Assembly: GCA_034780895.1 (NCBI GenBank) | Contig: JAUZTB010000033.1 | Coordinates: 30,723,820 to 30,787,819 of the forward strand | DNA length: 64,000 bases | Reading direction: 5' to 3' | Origin: Rhynchobatus australiae | Lineage: Eukaryota | In this document: in pieces, positions 24,611-36,432 of the stretch | Layout of the letters: every line of letters begins with the position of its first letter | Position numbering within the stretch: the first letter of the stretch is position 1 | Translations under genes and position numbers: made by a program | Notes under the pieces: model-generated | Databases searched by the model: none | The model's input: only the letters and a program-made list of their open reading frames with translations | Told to the model about the DNA's origin: nothing

Positions 24611-27165
24611 TAGCCAAGGTTTCTTTGCATCTTGTATTTATTGCTGGCCTGACTGAGATAAGCTGGGGATCAAGTCAGGAGCCTCCTGGTCTGTGCATCC
24701 TGATGGTACACTGGGTAGGATTTTTGAACCATCTAGGCAGCTGCGGGGAACTTGAAATGCTTTTATTTCTTTGTGAGATTACCTGCAGCAGGGAGTCACT
24801 AAACTGTAGACTGCTCAGACCCATTAAAGCATCTGCTTATTTCTAAGTTCTTATTTTAACCTGATCAGGTTGTGATGTTTTTATGGGTTTCTGGCACTAC
24901 TTTAAAACATAAACCTATTCTTGATTAGCAACATTTTGGCTAAAGATCAACATTTTACAATTTGTGACATTTGTGGGCTGAGATTTACTTGTATAATTGC
25001 TTCAACCTGGTGCAAGATGAGAGGGCCTTCTGAAGTTGCTGTCATTCAATGTTTTCAGCATCCTACATAATTTAATACAGAGAGATGATTTGAAAAGGAA
25101 AAATGAAAGATGAAAAGAAACAAGGGGAGTGAAGAAAAGAGGCAGAACGAGACAAGTGGGAGGAGGGGATAGAAGGCAACAGATAAGATAAATATTGCAA
25201 AAACTCCAAAATTCACAAAATAAATTTGGCAATTAGGAAGAATCTATGATTTGAATGTGTTTTTTTAATGAAATCTATTACAACCTGTCAGAAAGTTTTA
25301 GTTCAATTTCATTAAGAATCAGTCAAATTAATGATCTTATGCAAGCACCCTGAATTAGAAGTACAGGTGGGATCATTTGGAATTACATTTTAAACTAAAT
25401 GACTGGNNNNNNNNNNNNNNNNNNNNNNNNNNNNNNNNNNNNNNNNNNNNNNNNNNNNNNNNNNNNNNNNNNNNNNNNNNNNNNNNNNNNNNNNNNNNNN
25501 NNNNNNGAATACCTCTGTGAATTACATTTTAAACTAAATGACTGGTAATAAAGCACTTACAGAGAATGAGCCTTATTCATAACCTTTGACCTTCAACCAT
25601 CTTTAGCGGCATGCAAAAGGTTGCGGGGGGAAGGAGCAGAATGAGTCAAGGAAAGGTTAATCCTGTTACTGTGTTTATCATCTTCTTACTGCCAAGTGCA
25701 GATTTTTCTAAAATGTTCCATTTTCTTAAGTGCTCTGACTGTACAGAACTGTAATTTGTAAATTATATTTTTGCTGCATTTTGTTCAGTACACCACAGAG
25801 CTGGTGCTAACAAGGTACACTGCCAAGGCTTCAGGCCGTCTGAAGTAAATATTTGTAGCCCCCTTTTTTAGCCTACTTGTGGGATATAATGATCAACACA
25901 GTAGAGTTCTAGTTGTATTCATTTAGATCTCCCATTGACAAGGGCACATTTGGGACTTCAATGTATTTTTTCAGCTAGCTTCCAAGCATAAGGCAGCTGC
26001 TTAAGATGACTGTGCTGTGGCACACAATCCATTAATGATTCTCTTAATGGAGCAACTCCATGTGTTGCAGCAGCAGTCTCAGCAGCTCTTTAACACACAA
26101 TGATCCGGACTTATTTTAAGCAGATTCAGTGTCAATGATTGGCGATATGCCCTTAAAAGATCAGGTGGGAGCTACCAGCCTAAGGTAACCAGTCAATTAA
26201 GGAGGCTGAACAAAGTGTACATTCAGACTTCTGCTGCAATTGGGCACAACAGGTGGTTCAGCAGAAAGCTTTCTAATGTGAGAAATACACTCACATTGTG
26301 CAATTCAGAAAGAATATTTCCTTTTTATAAGACTCAATGTTTTGGTATATAACATATTTGCATTTAATTTCTCGGAAATGGTGATAATTCTATTCATTTT
26401 CCATTTATCACTTTACTTTTCATCCTATAGCTCCTGAAAATACCCCAGAAGAGTCTTCCACAATCACAATGAATACCTGTTCAAAATCGCCAACCCTTTT
26501 TTCCCCCAAGAGTCAGAATCAATAGCACAGATATTAGACAGATCTGCACTCTAATTTTTACATCTGATGCATGTTTGGAATCTTGACAGATCACACAATT
26601 GTGAGGATTTAGTGATGAGCAAACCAGTCAAATTGTTAGCCAGCCATTGCCAGACATTTTGTCCCAGCCATTGGTGTCACAAATACCTAAAGCTTGAAAG
26701 TAGTGCACTGTGAACTAGTTGGAACGTGGTCACTGCACAATTACCACTGGAGGAAGCACTGGCCTTAATGCTAAGAAATAAGATGCAATTCTGCTCTTGT
26801 ATTTAGAATAAGAATGGAATTGAGGAGAAGCATTTTATCCAATCACTTTGGACAATATATTCTCTGTGATTCATTCAACTTTTTAATCACCCATTTTCTT
26901 TCATTTTTTTTATATATCATAATCTTCCACATGGATACCTAGAAATTCCAAGTTCAGGTTACATCAAAAGTAGGAGCAGGAAAAGGCCAAATGGGCCCTC
27001 GAGTCTGCACTGTCATCCAAATAGATTGTGGGTGATATTATCCTTGGCCGCTATCCTGCCTGATTCTCATTACCCTTTGTGTACTTCTAGGCCTAAAGTC
27101 TATCCCTCTGAGCAAAATAATGCTGGAAACAGCATGTGTGCAGGCAGCACTTGTGGAAAGAGAAA

Positions 27166-27204
27166 CAGTTAAATTTTCAGGCCCAGGACTCTTCGTCAGA
27201 ACTG
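27166..27204 (-). ncRNA. Minimal type I hammerhead ribozyme motif (left arm)
   Basis: Minus strand CAGTT-CTGACGA-AGAGTCCTGGGCCT-GAAA-ATT-T-AACTG: stem I CAGTT/AACTG, CUGANGA and GAAA boxes, stem II, palindromic AAATTT in place of helix III. Confidence 0.65.
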
Positions 27205-27460
27205 GGAAAGAGGGAAAAACAACTTAGCGGAGAAGGTGGAGGAGGAATGGGTAGAATAAAGAAAATCTCTCTGATTAGTAAGACCAAATGGGTTAATAGG
27301 GGCAATTAAAGTAGCATTTAGATACACATTATGTTTCTTTAGCCTTGTAATGTGTTGCTACTAGCAAGGCTGTGGAACATGCCCATTTGGTCTCACCCTA
27401 TGAGCAACATTCCCTTGCTTTACCCATCCCTTCACCACTTATCTGCTACCTTTTCTTTCT

Positions 27461-27499
27461 CAGTTCTGACGAAGTGTCCTGGACCTGAAATGTTAACTG
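27461..27499 (+). ncRNA. Minimal type I hammerhead ribozyme motif (right arm)
   Basis: CAGTT-CTGACGA-AGTGTCCTGGACCT-GAAA-TGT-T-AACTG: stem I CAGTT/AACTG, intact catalytic boxes, stem II AG(t)GTC/GACCT; TGTT probably CpG decay of CGTT. Confidence 0.7.
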
Positions 27500-28844
27500 T
27501 TTCTCTTTCCACTATGCTACCAGACCTGCTGAATGTTTCCAGCAATTTTTAATTTCAGATTTGCAGTATCTGCAGTTTTATTGATTTTCACCTAACTATC
27601 TGAGCCTTGAATAAACTCACTGATTCAGCATCACTGCTCACTGGGATAGAGGATTCTAAAGATTCACATATCTCTAAGGGAATAAGTTCTTCCTCCTCTC
27701 AATATTAATATGACCAACCCTATGTTCTTTAGTTCTGGATTACCCCACCCGGAGAACCTGTCTCTGAAATGAACCATCAAATTATTTATTTGGGGATGAG
27801 CATCACATGGTAGCCTTGCGAGCAATACCAACATCCCTTGAATGAATTTTAAAAATCTAGGGTTGAGATCTGGCATACAATGATCAACAGCCATTTGGGT
27901 CATCTAGCAGGATGGAGGAGGCATAAACTGCAGAACCACTTAGGGAGCACCAGGGTTGTAGAGTGGTGTATTTGGGGGTAGTTGATAGATCAAATGTCTT
28001 TATGTTGCCAGCCTTGCATTTTAAAACTCTATAGATATTCTAAAAGGAAGGAAAGACTGAGCAGTTAAAGAATAAGAGTAGGAAAAAAATCTGTCAAGAG
28101 TCGCCGTCTGTGTAAGGAGCTACAATTTCAACACATTAAGGATGTAGTGAGAAAGAGACTGTTTACATGTGCCTATTGTATTTTTAATACTGTTGCTATA
28201 CTTTTCAAATAGTCCTACAATCTCCATGTATTGACGGGCATTGGGGATTGATAATTATGCATAGGTCATAAACCTAATTCATTAATATACTTTCAATGTT
28301 CGCGACTTCTCATAACACATAGAATCCTTCAATTTAATCCACTTCATCAACTCCTTTTGAGAAATGGGTGGGGTCGTAGAGGAGGTAAGCCACATTTTTG
28401 TATTGATGGTGATGATTTCTCATTTGCCTTGTAGAACTACAGTGGTTCCATACAATAATTACACTGTCTCTATTGTCTCCAACTGTTATTTATAGAGGTG
28501 TCAGAAGAATGCTTGAGAAAGTTCTATGATCCCAAAAGTTACATTAATAGTGCTATGCTGATTCTGTGCAATCCAGATGATTGGGGTTGAGGAGTCAGGG
28601 AAGTGGTGATAATGGTTTCTGGCAACAGTTTAAAATGGATGATTGAAAACCTACACTCCATTTTATATGTCCAGCAATTTTTATTTCCACTGAACTCTCT
28701 CATCACCTATCATTACGCAGTTTCTGCTGATATTTCTTATGGCGTGATCTGCATAAGGCAAACAGATATTAGGCTGAAATTTTATCTGTGATAATACATT
28801 TTCTGTCTGGCTTTTATAAATTTTATTCTGGGTCAATACAAAAA

Positions 28845-28985
28845 CAAGATGCCATAGATACTGGAAATCTGAAAGTGTTTTCAGAAATGCAGAAATCTGA
28901 AATGCTGGAAACATTACGAAAGTTCAGCAGCATCTGTAGAGAAAGAAAAATATCAACATTTAACGTCAATGTCCTCTCATGATAA
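28845..28985 (-). mobile_element. Penelope-like-derived short element, decayed
   Basis: gatactggaaatctgaaa...gaaatgctggaaacattacgaaagttcagcagcatctgtagagaaagaaaaa...caacattt; same unit as 13085 and 27113. Confidence 0.65.
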
Positions 28986-29694
28986 GTGATTGGGGGAAAA
29001 AAAAACTCAAGGCAAAGGTGAAGCACTTTGGTTGTTCCACAGAATATTACCAATAAGGAGACAAACGTTGGCTCAGTTCAAAATTACAAGACCACTTTGT
29101 AACATCCGCTGAAAATAGTTTGTAAAGTGTTATTTTTGCAGAAGTTATTTGATAGGAAATGTACATATTTTGAAAGCTGCAAAGGAAATGTACAACAGTA
29201 CTTTGCTGTTAGACATTAGACAAAGAGCCAGCTGCTACCTCACAGCTTTGTTTGGCTAACATTTTGAGGGTTTTTCATTCTACATTTGACAAGCTGCTAG
29301 TTTAGTTCATGCATAAGTCAATGTTTTTGCCATTGTTGATGATGTGTCCAAATCTGAGTATGACCAATTCTTTCCTTGTAAATATGCAAACCTTTTCAAT
29401 ATCCACAGTACCAGAACACGAGGCTGCTAACCAAAGAACTGTTTTTTCCCTTAAATAGTAATGCAACCACATGAAAATAAGATGTAAAATCCTCTTTCTC
29501 TCTTCTTGCTTTTCACATCATCCTGATGCAATATTTAATGAAACTGTGATGGTAACTACTATGAACACCCTAAAGACTACTTAGTTGGGCTGCCATTTTG
29601 TCTGTACTGCAACTGGAAAATAATCTTCAGAGTATAAAAAGCAACAGAGTTACGTTCCAATTCTGGAATGTTGTCAAATATCAACAGAAATGTA

Positions 29695-30085
29695 TAATCA
29701 ATCATGGCTGATCATTTATCTCAACACCATATTCCCGTGCTCTCCCCAGACACATTGATGTCTTTTCCATCTAGAAATGTATCTACTCCTTAAAAAATAC
29801 TCAGTGACCTGGTCTCTATGGCCCTCCGTGGAAGTGAATTTCCCAGGTTGACCACGGTCTGAGTGAAAAAATGACTCCTCATCTCAGTCCTAAATCTGTT
29901 GCCCTGTAATGGAGACTGGGGCCCCTCATTTTAGGTACCCCAGCCTCAAAAACTTCCATCCTGCATCCAGTTTGTTTGGCCTGTCAGAATTTTATGACTT
30001 CTGATTAAATCCCTTCTCATTCATCAAAACTCAAGTGAATACAAACTATATCAATCTAATCTGCCACCCCAAGAATCAGTCCGGT
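29695..30085 (-). mobile_element. CR1 3' fragment
   Basis: atcatggctgatc...tactcagtgacctggtctctatggccctccgtggaagtgaatttcccaggttgaccacggtctgagtgaaaaaatgactcctcatctcagtcctaaat is the reversed CR1 ORF2 end (F...RVV.L.NSLP motif region). Confidence 0.75.
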
Positions 30086-30419
30086 AAAGAAGTCACATTG
30101 ATATGATTACTTCTTCCTGAAGACCTCTTCACCCCAACATACTTGACTGTCTATTCCAAGAATTGGTGTACATCCTAAGTCTGATTATAAAACACTGTGG
30201 CACCAATTGTAATGCAATGCTTTAGTTGTGTGTGCAATGCAGCATTTGTTACAGCTATAGACATTCTCAAAGAGAAAAATAACTATATTTATATAATACT
30301 TTATTGCATCACTCAAAAATATCTCATTGAACCATAAAAAATCAACAGTTACAATACTACTTTCTATTACTCAGTAGAAAAATCTAATAAGTATTTTACT
30401 TATATTAATATCCTCTTAA

Positions 30420-30575
30420 TAATACCCATGCTATTTTTGAATGGTATAATGGGATTTTGGTTGTTCAATCTTCTCTTTAAAATATCCTCCAAAGGCTGAC
30501 ATCTCCAATAATATAGCACTTGCCCAGTGCTACATTGGAATGTCTCCCTCGATTATGTGTTCAAGGTCTGAAGGT
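30420..30575 (-). mobile_element. DeuSINE remnant
   Basis: aatgggatttt...tttaaaatatcctccaaaggctgacatctccaataatatagcacttgcccagtgctacattggaatgtc...gattatgtgttcaag follows the reversed SacSINE1-like body. Confidence 0.45.
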
Positions 30576-32494
30576 GCAGCTTATAAGACATCATTTTCAC
30601 AATTTTCATTTTGTTAGAGGATAACACTGTCAATCGAAAACAGTAAGGATAAGCAGAAATTGATTTAATTGAGAGGTTTTCACACCCTTGCATCATTTCT
30701 CAGCAAAGATTCATAAATCTTCAAGCACATATTGCAACAAAAATAGTCAGTGAAGGTTACTTGAACTGCCCACCTACTTTGAAGGAATCATAAAAACTAT
30801 CCATAGCTAATCAGAAGGATAAGCACTTTGTTTCACTGCTCTATAAATTTCTCACTTAGGAAATAATATCATACTGTCAAGTACAAGCTAAGGACTTGAG
30901 ACATAGATCTGCATGCTGAGATACAAGGAAGAGACAGGTGAGTAAATTACTCAAGAAATATGGGGTTAAGATTGATCCAAGTCCTTAATAGACTTTACTT
31001 AACCCCATTTAGACTGAACTGCAGGAGGGTCCTGCAAAATGCACCACATTGGTGCTACAATAAGAGCAGGGAACGTGCTGGACAAATAATATTCTGCAAA
31101 AACCTTTCTGAGCTCTTGAGATCTTTTCACAAGATCACTAATGGTTACCTCCCACAAAATAATACAGTGATAGTACTATGTGGCATGCATCCTTTCCCGA
31201 GTACCCACCACCACCACCACCAGTATACCCCCATCCTAATCCCTTACTCTATACATTTCTAATCATGATGTGCAAGGATGTATTATTAGCTTCATCGGAA
31301 GTTTACCAGAAAACTATTTTGGAAACCTAGTCTGGAAACTACCACCAACTATGTGGAAGAATGTGAAACTAGATTGCAAATTCTGAGGTTTGAGGTTCCA
31401 TATAGTTTTTCTGGAGCAACAATCTCTTGGGGTCCCAATCATTTCCTAGTTCAAACACATCCTCTTTCCCCCTCCTCTCATTTGTACGAGTGCCCAGTTA
31501 TTTCAAAGATACCCTTGTAAGGAAGTCTGAATTGCACCCGTTGATCTAATAGTTTTGTCTGGCATTGATGAGGAAATCTAAACATAAACTTCACAACAAG
31601 CAGAACTGAAGGCATAGCTATGCTCTCTCTGTATATTTGTTTTCTGAGAAAGGAATTTACTGCTTGAAGCAAACAAATGAGTATAACTACCACAAGCAAC
31701 AGTGCTCTGAATGATAAGACTACTACTAATAGGATACTGTAGGGTGGATTTTGTGCTCATCAAGATTAGGATTTCAGGACTGCAAATTGAAATATTTTAT
31801 TCTTGGTCTAAAGGCTGACATTGAGAGTTCACACATCAAATGTGAAGTTTACTTTACCCAAGCCATGCACCTTAAACTCTGTAACAAATCTTAACCCCAG
31901 CCTCAGGAAAGTAATCCTGACCATGTAAGTGTGACATTTCTAATTCCCATCCCCATGTATCAGGGCTACACTGTAGATAATCCTTTACCATCTGCTGGAA
32001 ACTGGTTGGAATTTGGAATTCCAACATATGAACATACAAATTATTTTTCAATAACTACACTAACAATCAGCACCAGGATAAAGGATTTTCAATCCACTCA
32101 CATATTTTGATGAAGTGGTTAGCCAAATGTACCTTCTGGGATTTTTTTTAACAACAGCTACATGTTACCTCAATGGATATTCTGTGCTGGAAGATTTGAA
32201 CATCTGAATGTCAGAATATTCAGGTTTTATATGATGAATAAAATCTTATTGCTGTAGCTCCTAGTGATGGTCAACTGAGATCACTTGTTAATTCACTTTT
32301 TAATTTGATTTACGATTCGCTGTCAAATCCAAGATATGATCCTATTGTAAATTGAGTGCTTATCCCCAATTTCCATTTTGAGTCTAAATTTTGAGGTTTG
32401 TGCTGTTGGCGATGTTAATGCTGAGTTCTTACATGGATTGTTAATGCAAAACATTCCATTTCTGAAGATCAAGGTGGAGCCAAACATGCAATGT

Positions 32495-32880
32495 GCACTT
32501 TTTTCTATCTCATCATCACTGTCCCTTTCTGTTCCTAATCTTTACTTCACTATCTATGACTTAGTCTGTTTTCTGTCTGAGTCCTGCTCTCTATATATCT
32601 CATTATCTATTTCTCCATATCTTTTTCTGTCTCACTCTCTGAATCTTGTATTACTCTGCACTTCCTTCTTTCTATAGCTCTGTCCTATTGTCAATATCCC
32701 TTTGCATTTTACACTGACTCACCACTTGTTCCCCTCTCCATATGCTTTTCATATTTCACAGCCTGTCATATTCACTGGGTTTCTTTTTCGGTGTCTTACT
32801 GCTTGCCATGTTGACTCTCTGTTTGTTTATTTTCTGTCTTTCTTACACTGTCCATCATTCTAAATTTCTGCATTTATTCT
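32495..32880. repeat. Pyrimidine-rich low-complexity tract (decayed CT microsatellite)
   Basis: ~400 bp dominated by tct/ctc/ttc with few G on the plus strand. Confidence 0.6.
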
Positions 32881-34946
32881 TTAGGCATTTCCACATTTTT
32901 TGATAAATTTATGATAATTATTACCTACCAGTTAAAGTCAAGACCCTGTATAGCTCCGGAGATGCTCCTTTAATGCCTTAATGGTAAAACACATGGCATG
33001 CAGGGGTTGCATTGCTGTGTACTCTGGCATGAAAAAGTAAATTAAACTTTAATAACTTGTGTTCTGTAGTCACATAGAAATGTCTTATTATTTTATGGGC
33101 ACACAAATGAACTATGCATCGTCACACTAAATGTGGGAGTTCGCTAACAGGTCAGTAAATTTTACTAATGATTTTAAGGCCCCACTAGTAAAATATTAAT
33201 TTTGTTTAAAAATCAAACACCCTGAACACAAGTTAACCAGACACTTCCTTTTTGTGGAGATTTTAATAAAAAGATGCACATCTCACAGCTACTGTACGTC
33301 ACTCTGATATAATTAATGCTTCAATGTACAATTTTAGTTAACAAATATTTCAAGAGTTACAAGCTCCAAAACAAAACAAAAGAGTTATTCTAGACAAAGA
33401 ATTCCATTTTTGGCCTGACTAATGGCTGTCAGAGTGATATACATTCCGCAGCCCTTGAATTTTGCATTCTGAATTTATATTTGTGATTTCCTGTGCATGA
33501 TGCGCTCCAAAAGCACAATAAAGCATTTTATTGTATTGGGGCTGATTTCACCGAGAAAATATTTGCAGCAAAGCTACCATCATAAAGTTTGGGGTGGGGG
33601 GGTGTGAATTTGGGGTGAGGGGTACGCATGAGAGTGGCCCATAAATGTAATTGCACCCTAGTCATTCCAACAATTAACATGCAAATATAGAGCAGATCTG
33701 GGATTCAGCATGTGTGCAACATGCTGAATTAAACAAACTTCACTCTGTTTTTTTTAAAATTCCTCAGCCTGTGCCAAAATTTCTTGGGGAAAAAAAAAGT
33801 TGCAAAACAAATTTTCACTACAAATTTGTCATTGGGAGTCATTTATCTGAGTTATGGGAAGAATAGAACAATGCAGAAAGACTCATGTTACCTGTAATTG
33901 TAAAATATAACTAGCTTGTCCGTGGGGTAGACTAAAAATTATGTTTGGCATAGTTGACTTTTACTAATTTTCATAACTGTTTTTATAGGCCAACGTGGAG
34001 AGCCAATCCAATCAAAACTCATTAACGCATAATGCTACAGTGCTTAACCCTAACCCTGTACAATGAACCAGTATGATTATAACAACAAATACTTTAATAA
34101 ATTTCTACTCATTAACAGGACTGCAGGCGCCCTCTGTGGGGGGTGGGGAAAGTTAGGAGGAGGGTGGAAGCAGTAAGAGATTTGGAGTCCTGTGCTTTAT
34201 TTCCTCTAATGTTATTGTATTCTGCTTAGTGGCTGTTTTTGAGCTGTTTTGTAATACAATATTTGTGAGTTGCGTTCTCTACTCCATACCAACTCCTCCC
34301 CACCACACCACCACCCAGACATTAGAAACCACGAGGCTCTCGTGCAGAACAGCCTTATTTTTTATGGTCATATTGATTAGATTAAAGCTGTTATTCATTA
34401 GGCAGTTACACGGGTTAGCAGGTTCAATGCCAGTGGAATTTTTTTTATGATCTCTGCTTTTCCTTCAAAGGCTGCTTGCCAATTTGTGGGTCAGGAAGGC
34501 CTTTGCAATGGTTTTCTCAAAGACCACCAGCTGTCATACTGTCAGGACAAGCTGGCTAATGTCAGTGCCCTCTTTCTCTGCTTTCCCCCCTTCCCATTCA
34601 TTCCACCTGAGTGAACACCTTATCTGTTGCAGAGGCTGTAGGGCTGAGAGTGACCAAAATAATTACCATATAGGCAGGTAATATTGCTGCAGCTCATGGC
34701 TGTCCAGACAGATGTAGCCCTTTGCAATTATGAACCAAACTAGTAAAACTGAATTGTAAACTACCTCAGCACAAATGTCCTTGTCACCATTCTCCCCTCT
34801 TCTCCAAGGTGATAACTATCAGTAGTGGTATACAATTGCATTCAGTATCAAAGGCCATTTCATTCCCATCCTCACCTACACATCTCTTTATTTAAGAAGC
34901 CAAGATTGATTGCTCTCCTACCTATCATGAGGCACTGAACCTGGGT

Positions 34947-35046
34947 TAAAAACAGAAAGTATTGGAAATACTCAACAGTTTAGGCAGCATCTGTGGAGAG
35001 AGAAGCAGAATTTTACATTTCAGGTCAAAGACCTTGCATCCAAACT
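34947..35046 (-). mobile_element. Penelope-like-derived short element, hammerhead core decayed
   Basis: aaaaacagaaagtattggaaatactcaacagtttaggcagcatctgtggagagagaagcagaattttacatttcaggtcaaagacct; stem II AGGTC-TTT-GACCT-GAAA retained on minus strand, CUGANGA box lost. Confidence 0.75.
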
Positions 35047-36291
35047 TAAGCTTGACGCTTCCTGCTTTGCACAGCCTAATGTCACAGTATGAAATGCATG
35101 TACAAACTGAAGTGATAAGCAAATTCCTACATAAGTGAACCCAAGAAAAACATAACTCAGTGTCAGCAGGTCTGTCAGTGGAGCAAATTGCTGGGGATGC
35201 AGCTAACCACCTCCAAGAATAGTGAGGTCTCAAGTTCTGATAAAGAATCAAATCAAACTTGGTTTTAAATAAACAAATCTGATACTTTTGGCATACTCTT
35301 GCATATAGACCAGGGAGAGATGCTTGCACCTCTTATTGTCTTGAAATAATCTCACATGACCTACATATTTGCAGAAGCTACACCATACATTTCACAAATA
35401 AAAGCCTGACTGGAGTCTCCAAATTGTCATTCATTTACTGCAGCTGTGTAATCAACGCAATTGTTCTCGTGACTAACCCCCACAATATAATTGCCTTTTT
35501 TTATCACCATGATATAGACTTCAAAAATAACGTTCATAAAAAGTGTGTAACAAGTCATGTACAGACAGTGTAATGAAACATTATATTTGATTTAATAATA
35601 TCATCAACTTTTATATTATTCTTAGAGTGTCAGTTCTCATAGAGGGACCCCCATGTCCCATCTAAATTGTTTCACATTGGCAACAAGCAAGTCCCATATT
35701 ACACTGGGTTTTGCTGGCAGCTGCTGGAATTACTGATGCTGAGACACACTGAGTGAAAGATGCCAGTGCATTTGTCACTTCATTCCACTGCTTGACTCCA
35801 CATGAAGTCCAACGGCGGAGCCTGAACATGATGTCCTTGTGTTGGGTCAGAAGCCCTATTCATTTGAAAGGGGGTTTCTAACTGACCTGCAGATTAGGAG
35901 CTGAAAGGGAAGTTAACTTTTTTTTTTAAACTTCTTTTAATGCCTTTAATCATTTCTAAGTCTTTAATAGGCTTATAAATAATACCTTTTTTTAAAAATA
36001 GTAATATTTTTATTTTGTACCTCGATTTTAATTAATCAGTGATAATTAAAATCTGTTAAAATACTGCCCATCCTCAACAGGAGGCAGGGTTCCAATCCCT
36101 AAGCTTGGCCCCTGCTGGGGGCAGGGAGCACACACCCCTGAAGCCTCAGTCAGCCTCAGCGTCCAATTCTCAGGGGTGGAGAGTCAGCTTATCCGACCCT
36201 CCACATTGGGATGATGTGAATCTGGATGGTCATGGACTGGGAGGGGTGAGCTAAATGCTAGTCATTGTCTTTAGATGTCACCATGGCATTC

Positions 36292-36432
36292 GAACAAATG
36301 AACATATGATTTAGTAACTGGAGTAAGCCCTCTCCACCTTTCCATAAGATCATGACTGATCTGACTGAAACCTCAACTCTGCATTACCGTCTATCCCCAG
36401 TAACCTGTCTCCTTGCTTATCAAAAATCTCTC
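36292..36432 (-). mobile_element. CR1 3' tail fragment
   Basis: gaacatatgatttagtaactggagtaagcc...ccataagatcatgactgatctg...cctcaactctgcatt...tatccccagtaacct...ccttgcttatcaaaaatct. Confidence 0.65.

Larger units (their letters stand above)
27113..27585. mobile_element. Penelope-like/retrozyme-like inverted-repeat element
   Basis: ~180 bp arms in inverted orientation (agaccaaatggg at 27281 vs cccatttggtct at 27382; gtggaaagagaaacagttaa vs ttaactgtttctctttccac) around a ~90 bp spacer. Confidence 0.85.
26965..27760 (-). mobile_element. CR1 3' fragment split by a nested insertion (27113-27585)
   Basis: gtaggagcaggaaaaggccaaatgggccctcgagtctgc...tctatccctctgag continues after the insert as ctgagccttgaataaactcactgattcagcatcac...ggatagaggattctaaagattcac, the usual order of a reversed CR1 3' end. 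Confidence 0.7.

Noticed and set aside
20688-25545. 27-48 bp direct repeats with ~100 bp spacing, superficially CRISPR-like
   Set aside because: Only two copies each, separated by Ns, unrelated to one another; assembly overlaps in a eukaryotic genome, no cas genes.
32067-32085. tcagcaccaggataa resembling an RE1/REST site
   Set aside because: Spacer is 1 nt instead of 2 and the right half-site is poor.
34045-34058. taaccctaaccct telomere-like sequence
   Set aside because: Only two units; expected by chance.
35640-36230. GC-rich flanks around an AT-rich core, suggestive of a decayed DNA transposon (similar look at ~200-740 and 51700-52350)
   Set aside because: Could not define terminal inverted repeats, target duplication or transposase similarity by eye.
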